Assembly: GCA_038496445.1 (NCBI GenBank)
Contig: JALMLS010000612.1
Location: 248,001 to 312,000 of the forward strand
Direction: 5' to 3'
From: Trichosphaerium sp. ATCC 40318
Lineage: Eukaryota > Protista > Tubulinea
DNA length: 64,000 nucleotides
Shown: positions 52,257 to 62,405 of the stretch, piece by piece
Layout: every line of letters begins with the position of its first letter
How positions within the stretch are numbered: the first letter of the stretch is position 1
Notes under the pieces: model-generated
Seen by the model: the letters and a program-made list of their open reading frames with translations, nothing else
Told to the model about the DNA's origin: nothing
Databases searched by the model: none
Translations under genes and position numbers: made by a program

Positions 52257-54798
52257 ATGAGAAATACAGTAGCCAGAAACACAATAAAAGCATCTCCAAA
52301 TGTATTAGCATACCACAGAAAATGTGTTGAGCGTATTGGTACAAAATTAGACATTAAAAATCCAAAAGAATGGAAGAAAGTGTCTCAAGGCGACTTCTCT
52401 CACTTTGGGGGTCAGTTTTTGCTTGACAGGTGCCGTTTATTTTGTCTAAAGTGTGTACCAACGAAACTAGATATGGCACTCTTCGGAATACGCTTTATAC
52501 GTTGTACCCAGATGCTAGAATGTCCATTGAAGAAAACCCAAATTTGTACTGACAACTACATTCAATAACTGTTCTAACGATTCAAGAAATCTGTCCATTG
52601 ATGCGTCTATGAAACCATTTAAAGCACTTGACACAATAGCAAAGAGTCTAGAGGTCAAAACGCTTGGTGATTGGGTGTCTGTTACAGGCCTACAAGTGCG
52701 TAAAATAGGAGGATCTGCTTTGTTGGCACAGTGAGTTTCAGCTTGATACTTTAAGTTAACATTTCTTGGGTATGGAGGATCGTTACAGTCCGCACTACGC
52801 AGTGTATATAGTCAATATGAATATGTTCATAACATGCATGACAGAAAACGCTGTTTATTACGTGCGTTAAGTAGAGAAGGACGTGCCAATGGTATCGAAG
52901 AAATTCATGATTGGTACAATATTCCATATGATGAACTCCAAGACACTCTTATAATACTTGATGACGGGTACAACTATTCGCAGTGAGTGTTTTTAATTGA
53001 TGGATTGTTAAACAGGGAAAGCGTTACACTAAAAGAAGCGTTATGTGAAGTATACTATGATAAGAAATGGGACATGACTAAATTTCCGTAAGTTCTTTTT
53101 TTTGTTTCGTTTTTTTGATAAAACTTGGTTTGCCACTTTCCATCAGTCACTAAGTATTGACTATAGCGGTTATTGGAATAATGATCATGTACAATTGAAG
53201 GCAATGGATAGAATAGCAGAGGCGTTGGGTGTGATGGTTATGGATGATTGGCATAAAGTGACAACTTCGCTATTTCTTGATGCTGGAGGTCAAGAGATGT
53301 TGAGCATGTGCGTTTGTTGGAGTCACATAACGTTGTAAATATAGTTTTATAATATACTTAGATGTCAAGGAGAGATGCCTAGCGTGCTTGGAAAGGTATA
53401 CTCAGGGTATAAATGGAACTGGATAGAGAGGATTAATAATTTTAAGTCTACTAAAGATCCATCATTATTTTACCCTGATTACTGGAAAGACGTGAAAAAA
53501 CAGATGGAACATATAGAAGATATATCAGAGAAAGATAATATTAAAACGTTAAACGAATGGAGCAAAGTGTCGAACGAGAAAATATTAAAGAAAATAAGTG
53601 GTATTCTTAAAATGTTAAGTCATTTTACACTTTTTTATTTTCTCTGTTGCTAATTTTAGAGCCTTAGGTATAATAACTCCTTACAAAATATGTTTTGTAC
53701 TCTATATCCTGATGCTATTGAACATATTGGATGGTCTAAAAAACGTACTTGGAAGGCTCCAAGTCACGTGGTAACGTTCCTGAAAAAAGCAGAAAAAAAG
53801 TTGAATATTCTTGATGCAGAACAATGGTAAGCAGGCTAAAGGTTCTTCGTCTCACTTTTCATTTGAGGTATCGAGTATCGGCACCTCAACTACAACAGAT
53901 TGGTGGAGGAGGATTTATGCCCTATTTTCCTTGGGCTCTTGAAACAATGTATCCAGATAATGAATGGACTTGGCATAAGTTTAAAGCAGGATTCAAAAAA
54001 TCTAATCAAAGGTACTTACTCAACACTTTTTACCATGGTTTTTTTCATTCCAAAATTAGTTGGCTATTGGCATGTGTAAAGAAGATTTTTGATACTTTAG
54101 AAGTTGAGGAGGAGCAAGTCATTGGTGTATTACATGCAACAGGAGCACCACTTGTTGTTGATATTTTTATACCTTTTTACAATATTGCGATTGAGTACCA
54201 AGGCAAGCTTACAAATCAACAATCCGGAAGGAGATGAGAGCGTTCTTTTTGTTCTGCTTTCTTCTGATTGTTATCTAGGTGAACATCATTATCATGATGC
54301 TTTACCACATGCTGCTTCAACACTTGTACATAAAGCGCGTGATATAGAAAAATCACAAGCATGTAAAGATCAAGGTAAATCATCTTTTCTTCTTTTTTTT
54401 CACTAGACTTTAATATTTATTTTCAAGGTTTCACACTGGTTCCTATCCCCTATTGGTACGCATAATTATATTATATTAAATACAAGAGCGATGAGTATCA
54501 TCGTATTTATAATGGTTCTGTCGAACATCGTCATTCCGGCCAGGCTTTAGAGCAACTTAAAGTTTCTACTTTGCGTAATTTTTTTTTTTATTTACACGGA
54601 TTACTAAGGTGGCAAGGTGATATTGATAGCGTAGCTTCAACAATCAAACATTATGCACCCGAAATAGAGATGGATTTTGATTCTAAAACAAAACCACTTT
54701 TAGGAACATCTAGTCCAGTACAACAACAGGGAGAAGGTATGTGACCCTATTCGATCTGTGTATAATGATCTATACAGATACTATACGCCAGAGCATGA
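52257..54798 (+). CDS. Uncharacterised ~70-aa Trp-rich repeat protein B (6 repeats) with C-terminal PD-(D/E)XK / RAP-Vsr-like nuclease domain
   Basis: Repeats as in gene A, then VVDIFIPFYNIAIEYQGEHHY...RDIEKSQACKDQGFTLVPIPYWW. Confidence 0.8.
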
Positions 54799-54885
54799 TG
54801 GCGCCCATAGCGAGTAGGTGACATAAAATAAAAGGTCATAAGCGAGGAGGACGCTCAGAAAGAAAAAAGGAAATAATTGAGTTCC

Positions 54886-57806
54886 TCAAGGTTGTTGTTC
54901 TTCAGTTTTTTTGCGGATTTCTTTTTCCTCCTTTATGATATCAATTATTGAGCTGATTGTATTATGTATAAGTTGTAGATTAACGGTGCTTCTTTCTTGT
55001 GATTTTTCAAGCTGATGGCCCTTCATCTTCATACCAAAGTTGGCCAACTATTAAAAAAAAAACTGTCAACACGAAAAGCAAGTAACCAGTGTCAATAAAA
55101 TAATAAGAATTTGCGCATTGGTGAAATAAACTTTCAAAAAAAAAAAAGGACAACTGGGGCTTGGCGAGGGTAACGCCAATACTCTTATCGTCAATGTTGG
55201 AATACAACATAAAAGATTGCCTCAAAAAGAAGACGAAAAAAAAAAAGAAGAAGCTGATACTTTCATTGACTAAAACGCACTTTTTTTAGCGTTTCTTGCT
55301 GCTTTGCATGTGTATTGTTCTCCCTCATGCTATCGTGGACTTGTTTTGCGATTGTTACTTCTAAAGGGATAACAAGAGATTCCACACGCTTCAAGTTCTT
55401 AGGTGACCAAATACCAATAATCTCAGCTACTCGTTCTCGAAGTAAAAGAAACATCAAGAAATGCGCTGAAGCAACTATAATATCGAATCTAATATACGTC
55501 AGTGTGTTTGTCAATATGTTGATTGGTTCATACCTGTTAGATACATCTGTAGGATTAAGTAGCTTCTCAAAAATATCCAATATTTTTGATGATATAAAAG
55601 GGGATGACGGGATGCTTGGGTCATTGTTTTTGGCCTTCCATGCACGGTCAACTTCTTGTTTGAACTTATGTACAATAACAGATATAACTGATGGGTAAGG
55701 GCAAGCATCAGTGAGCCCTAAATTTGTAGGTTAAAAAACCAGTTCAATTCTCAAAAAGCTAAAAAGAATAAGGTTACCCAGGATTAAATCGATGCTAATG
55801 TCATCTGTATACATTGACATAAAGTCTTTCATAAGTTTCATAGCTTTATCACGCTTATTCTTATCAGGACATTTTACCATCCAATCAATAATAGCCTGAT
55901 AACAAAACCTGTCAAACACAGAAAAAAAAACAATCCAATTAAAAAAAAACGCATCAAAGAAATAGTTTACCTGAACACAGTCAATACTCATTTCAAAATT
56001 TGAAATTGTGCTTATATTTCGTTTCCCAACGGAGGATACTATCTATAAAAAATATGTCAACACATAACAAACCAAAAGCAGAGAGCACAAGCAACAAGAA
56101 AAATAGTAGAATATGAGATCTCATCTGATATTAAATGTTTACCCTTTGAGCCATGTCAATGCCCATAGTCTGTAATCGATGGTCTGTATGCGTTATAAGA
56201 CGTGTGGCATGAGGAATACACATTGGGTAGAGATAATTTGTCTTGTAAATACAAGGCACAGAGCTAAACAGTTCGCTTTAATTAGTTCAAACCAGCAGCA
56301 ATGCAACGTACGTTTTCCCTTGTATTAAAGATAGGTATACAAATGCAGAACATCCTTGTCCCCATACATCAGGATCTGGAGCATTAGATGACTCATCCTC
56401 TTCATCATCTTCGTCATCATCTTCCATATCAAATTCACTAACATCTTTGTCTTCTTTGCTAGCACGCACTGGTGCACTCACACTATTTGAATAATTAAAA
56501 CGGATGTGCATTGTATGAGTTTAAAGGAAGGTGTTTATGGCAAAATGAGGCAGTACCGTATAGCATTAGACTCCCTGAAGAAGTTAAACATTGACATGGT
56601 TGGTACACCAACCGCTTTTATATTGGCCTACAACTCACATTTAGTATACTAATATCATTCGTTGTGTTGTTTTGTTTACCAGTGCTCCTTCAATGTACGT
56701 GTCATTTTTTTTAAATTGTGGTAGACAATAGTAAATAAGGTTCAAAGCAATTCTAAGAACAGCTCGCTTTTTTTTTTGTTCTTTTGAATCAGATGGTATC
56801 CAGCTCCATTTCTCCGTCACTATTTGCACTCATAAGCCATTAAAAACACTTTATACTGTAGATGAATCATGAAAAACAATTGGAGGTGATGAGTAACCTC
56901 TAAATGTAAAACACTCACCATTTATGCTCTTTGTCATTTCACCAACAAGAGCAGCTGTAGAAGGAGCAAGTGTAGATAAAAGTGTATCTAGAGCACGTAG
57001 TTTCTTTGTATCAGGTTTATTGGTATTATCAGCATCATTCATGAACGACACAGAGACCTACGAACAACTTAATACAAGAATAAACGAAGTACAATTGTCT
57101 TGGCTCACGTTTGGTTCTTCGTTTTCATCATCTAGCTCATCTAGATCCGGCATTTGCTCATCATCACGTCCTTGCTCTGAGTTTGCTTGCACAGCACGTT
57201 CGTAGACCCTTGAAACGACGTAGGCGGCCTACATAGACTAAGGATAAAGGTTGGCGGATAGGATAATACCTGATCTGCGAATTCAGCCGAGCGTTTAGTG
57301 AGAGGGCCAATAACTGGTTGTGGAGTTAAAGAAATGATGTACCTCAACTGTCATACCTTTTGATAGCCACAACAGCAAGCTTGCGTGCGTTTTGGGTGGG
57401 TACGGCGCTTCTAACGCTTCTAGAATAAATATAAAAGATTCTCTAGGTTTTGCCAGCGTAATCATATGCTCTAGTGATGCTCGTAGGTTCTCGTGGCGGT
57501 TGACAAGCGCTTAACGGCAATTAACGCTATAGCTATACTTTAAATGTAAATACCGATTACTGGGTGCCAAATCTGCCACAATAGCTCTAGCATATTATCA
57601 CTGTTTTCTGTTGTTGTGTTTTGAAAGAACTGAGCAATGTCTGCTACAAATGTCACCTTACATCATATTAATACTTATTTAAGCGTAGAAATCAATACCG
57701 AAGGCTCATCGAGCTCATTTTGTATTTCAGTGACTAACGGATCAAGACCCTCTTGAAATGCAGCAAGGTCAATGTTGGACTGAACGAGGGTCTTTACTTT
57801 CTCCAT
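54886..57806 (-). CDS. Glomulin/ALF4/Ybp family protein (RBX1-binding CRL regulator)
   Basis: AKPRESFIFILEAL, WMVKCPDKNKRDKA, CPYPSVISVIVHKFKQEV and DIIVASAHFLMFLLLRE resemble conserved glomulin/ALF4 blocks. Confidence 0.65.
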
Positions 57807-58139
57807 ACTCGGTATTGTTTACAAGATTGATATTGTACGTAAACTGATATTTTAACTTCACCCAAGACTGTTAACGACTTTCTTTCACCTCTACATTTTT
57901 CTGATGATTCCTTCTTAATCTTACTCTTAGACTTTTTATATGCCGCGTGCTGGTACTGATACCACTATCGGCTACATTCTGAGGCAATAAATGTCAATTT
58001 CTCTGAAATAGAGCGGGTCTATTAGGCTTTGCCTGCCCTAGAAGCTGTAAATACCGAGGTGTCTACATTAAATAACGTAGTAAGTTGATACCTGTTTTAG
58101 TGATTCTACAATCAAACGAATTGATCTCATTTTGTGCTT

Positions 58140-59292
58140 CTAGCTCTTATTTTTGCTACGCTTTGTCTTAGTACTTCCTATGAGTACTCTGGATTGCTTC
58201 TTCACCATTGGTTCAGGGAAAAGGTTCTTTGAGAACCAAAGCAGTATTCTATAAAATATCAGATCGACCGTGAGATGTGCTTAACTATTACCTTTGAGAA
58301 GATTTTTTGTTCGACAATTTAAACTTTGACCAATCCCAAGATTTATCAGGATGTAACAGTTGTAAACAGTGAGGGTACTGTCCTTTACGAAGTAATGTAT
58401 TACCATGATATTTCTTTACTTCATCTCTAGATATTCTATACCACTCCTGAGGATCCCAAATCTTAAACTCAGACTCCATATCTGATAAAAGAAAAATCAA
58501 CATTGTGACACATGTCAAAAAAAAATTTTGCAATTTCTTTTTTTTTGAACTAACCGCTTAGAAGGGCCTTAACATTCTCACTGTTTCTCCAATACCCTGC
58601 AGAAACTACTTTAAACTTCCATTTTTTCCAAGCATAGTTTGGGTATAAAGTCTCTAGAGACGTCACAAGAGAGTCTTTGTAACTGCGAACCAATTAGCAT
58701 CAAATCCATTCAAAGAATTACGCTAACAAGACGCCACTCACTTTCTGTTCATTATGCTACCTCCGTTATTGTCGTAAACATCTTGACATGTCATTGAGTA
58801 CCAACCATCAAGCGTTTTAATGTTCAAGTTCTTCGCAATGTTATCAAACATTTCTAGTTGGTTGCTTATATCTTGCCAATGCCTGCGCGGTGTTCTCCTA
58901 GTATTTTGTAAGGATTTATAACAATAAAACCGTTCTCACTTGAATTTCCATAATTTCCAATCGTAGTGCGGGTATAGCGTTCTCACAGCTGTGCTAAGCG
59001 ATTCATTGTACCTTCGGTTTGTTTAAAACAAACTTGGTTTATAGCAGTCTCAAACGTACTTTTTCAAGACTCCTTTACCTGCAGTTACATAGATATCGCG
59101 ACTAGATACATTGTACCAATCATCCATTGTTTTAAACCGCAATCGCACGCCAATAGCATCGAAAAGCTGTATTTGGTTGTCAGTATTGTTCCAATGACCC
59201 CAAGAGATGACATGTTGCGCGTCATGTCTTGATTTGGCTACTTCTAGCGTAGGAGCGTACAAAAACTGCCGTTTGTGAGGTATGAACCTCAT
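58140..59292 (-). CDS. Uncharacterised ~70-aa Trp-rich repeat protein C (3 repeats, no intact nuclease)
   Basis: GHWNNTDNQIQLFDAIG...DDWYNVS...YNESLSTAVRTLYPHYDWKLWKF repeats; ends NKKSSQRILLWFSKNLFP. Confidence 0.78.
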
Positions 59293-59387
59293 TAACACTC
59301 TAATATAAAGATGTCAACGAATTTCTGGAACACCAAGCCAAATTAGTGTCATATCAACCACACCTCGACTACTGCGTACCTCTGCGC

Positions 59388-61368
59388 ATGAGCACGCCAT
59401 CGGTACGATAACAAGTCATCTTACATACAAATTACGCCAAGAACGACTGTGTGGCTCTTAAGTACTTTCTGTAGCAAAAATATACAACAAAAATAGTAAA
59501 ACAAGGGTATTTATGGACAAGAGGTTCGTACAAACTCAAAAAACGAGTCCGTTATTCACCCCAATCGTACCCTTCTAGAAATACATCTAACAAAGTGTTG
59601 GAACAAGTATTGGTTTATCCTAAAAGGAAATATTTTGCAATGTTTCGTGTCACGTGAAGATTTAAATAATCTGCAATGGGTTGAAAGTGTTTGGCAGGCA
59701 AACGTTGCTAACGAACCAAAAGTAAAATACAAACACCAAAGATGCATCACGTTGTCTATTGATGATCGACAAAAACTAGCTATTACTGGAGTAGATAAAA
59801 AAGATACTGATTCATGGTACAACGCACTACTCGAGGCAACCAAGTGAGTACACTGGTGATGTTGTTTTATTCTTTTTTTCTTCCGTTTTATAAATTGTTA
59901 TAGATGCTCAAGTGATAGTAGAGAGATTACAAAAATTCTACTATCCGCGTTCAATCCAAGTGACCCTTGCAAGGTACCCTGAGAACATATGGTTTTGCTG
60001 ATACCTGACAGGCGATGCCAAAGAAATGGGTTCCTTTAGTGAAAAGCTGTTCTTTAGAAGAAAAGGCATGAAAATAGTAAACCTACTTTATGCTTATCTA
60101 TTGTCATAGAACCTTCTCCAAAATCCTTATGTCACTCTCACGGTAGTTGCTTTTGTTATGGACAATTACTATGGAAGGCGTAATCGTCTTCACAACTCAA
60201 TACAGGGAGAATTAAATGAAGGTACACCTTTTTCTCCATGAAAGCTAAAATCAATGCTCTAGGCGTTCTTAAACTGGCAAATAATGACTATTTGATGAGC
60301 CATATTATTTGTAGAGGTATGTATGTAATGACACATAAACGCACACAAGAGCAGGTTATGGTAAAAGATGTTGAGAACAGTAATGATTTACAAAAAATCT
60401 TATGTTTCCTTACATCTTTTGATTGCCCTCATCTCAATGTTGTTAACGTTGTACTCAAAAGTGATGAAGAAAGTAAGTATTGTTGTGTAATGTTTTATGT
60501 AAAAAGTGTACTGTAGAGTACATTCGCCTTGTACATCCTTGGGACAGAAACTCAATTACACTCACTGACATTTTGGAAGTGTTTGAGTATGTTGACATAC
60601 GAGAATCAGAGATTGCTTATATTGTGCGACAGGTACTCTTTTAATACATACTGTAGAGTTTTTTTACTCTTGGTTTGATGTTTTGCAACAGGCACTTATT
60701 GGCTTGGATTATTTAGAATCTAGACAGTGTTTATGCTCTAATTTGACTTCTGATAATATTCAAATAACACCACATGGTGTAGTAAGAATACGTACATAAA
60801 CACAACCGTCACTTGATTTTCTTTGATGTTAATGTTGTACAGAGTTCGAACCATACGATTCATTGTACACAAGCAGACATACTAGTATCGTCGGTACACC
60901 ATACTGGGTATCTCCGGTACACAAAATCACTCAAGTATCCATGTTGTTAATTGAAAGAAATAGGAGGTAGTACTTGATGGAGTAATCACACCAGCGGCTG
61001 ATATTTGGGCACTTGGGATCGCCACCTATGAGTGCATTTTTGTATGAGCTTAGATCAAGTGACACGTGATTTAATAACATTATGAATTATAGGGTGAACC
61101 TCCCCACATGGAAATACCTCCTCCACAAGCATTGTATCACATTGTGCTTAGTGATTTTCCAGAGATTAAGACAGTAGGGGTATCATCAGAGCTTAAAGAC
61201 TTTTTAAATCTTTGCTTAACACAAGACTACAAAAAAAGACCTTCAGCAAAGGATCTATTGGCACATAAGTTCTTGACAAGGGCTTGTAATCAAAACGAAA
61301 TTTTAAAGCTTATAAGACAATCTAGAGAATGCACGAACATTTCTTATGGCAGTGCAATACATGGCTAA
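59388..61368 (+). CDS. PH domain + degenerate PBD + STE20/PAK-family pseudokinase
   Basis: PH (KQGYLW...WNKYWFILKG...WYNAL); AMPKKWVPLV..NPYVTLTVV (PAK autoinhibitory-like); ESEIAYIVRQAL, VGTPYWVSPE, DIWALGI, GEPP, KRPSAKDLLAHKFL. Confidence 0.85.
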
Positions 61369-62405
61369 TACAATAAATAGTCATTTGACACTTTTTTTGT
61401 AGTTTGTTTGTATCGGCTTATTTGTTGGAACATTAACATTTTTCGTGTAAAGTTCCACCTCACCCTGACAGCTAGCGTCAATACGCTTTTGATCCAGTGG
61501 TTTATAATATGAGACGCATTACTGAAAGAGCCATTAACCTAATTCACCCACGAGCTACTTAATGAATCAAATGAAAAAAGCACACACTAAACACATGCAC
61601 AAAGAAAGTCTCGCTTTACCAAAAGTCATCCAACAAGAGCCTGAGCATTTGCTCATACTTTATTAAAGAAACTCACGTTAATGTAGAGTTCAGACATGTT
61701 GTATAACTTAGCTAGGGTTGTGAGGAGTTGTTACAGGCATAAAGAATAAGGAGAATCCTGGTTTTATTAATAACTTTATCACAACACAGATTATTTCCAC
61801 CATCCCTCTGCTAGAGGAGTGAGTGAAGGAAAATCGCTTTAGTTCGTTGAAACTCTAGCGCAATACATTAATGCCAAGTAAACAGCACAAAAAATCCGTA
61901 CATCAAATTGACGCTGTGTTGCCATTACTTTGCTTTGTACTGAGGTGCTTGCTCTTTTTATCAACACACTTGCGATTGAAAGCACAAGATGTCGTTTTAA
62001 CTACCCACGTGAAGAAAAGTCAGTGCTCATTCTGGGAGACAGCTTCAGATACTCCGAAAAATGAATCAGTACTATCCCTTAGTACAAGCGAATCACAAAA
62101 TGCTCTGTGCCTATAGCCACATTCTACCAAAAGCAAATTAAGTTTAAGGTGGTTTGAGGCGAGTAAAAACGCCTCAAAGATTATCGAAATCCTGTAATGG
62201 TATCATATCATTGGAGCCCTTCTACAAAAAAATAGCTAATGGTTTTTGCTAGCAAAAACTCACGAAACAGTCTCAAAACCGCTGCTGCCCTCTATCCAGT
62301 AACAGGTCTTGAGTCTCAACAAGACATCACGAAATAATTCGTAACCTTATCAACTTTTGACAAGTAAGTTTATTTTATGTTTACAGTACAACTTCTCATT
62401 CTTTT

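Noticed and set aside
2413-57806. Cluster of ubiquitin-ligase genes (U-box, two F-box, BRWD, glomulin)
   Set aside because: Spread over 55 kb among unrelated genes and drawn from large families; consistent with chance.
57901-57983. C/D snoRNA-like boxes (TGATGA...CTGA...CTGA) with partial similarity to an SSU rRNA antisense
   Set aside because: The guide match is short and gapped and there is no terminal stem; cannot be supported without snoscan and the organism's rRNA.
62044-62098. Minus-strand C/D-like element (GTGATT...CTGA...CTGA)
   Set aside because: Box C is imperfect and the putative LSU guide is only ~9 nt with a G-U pair.
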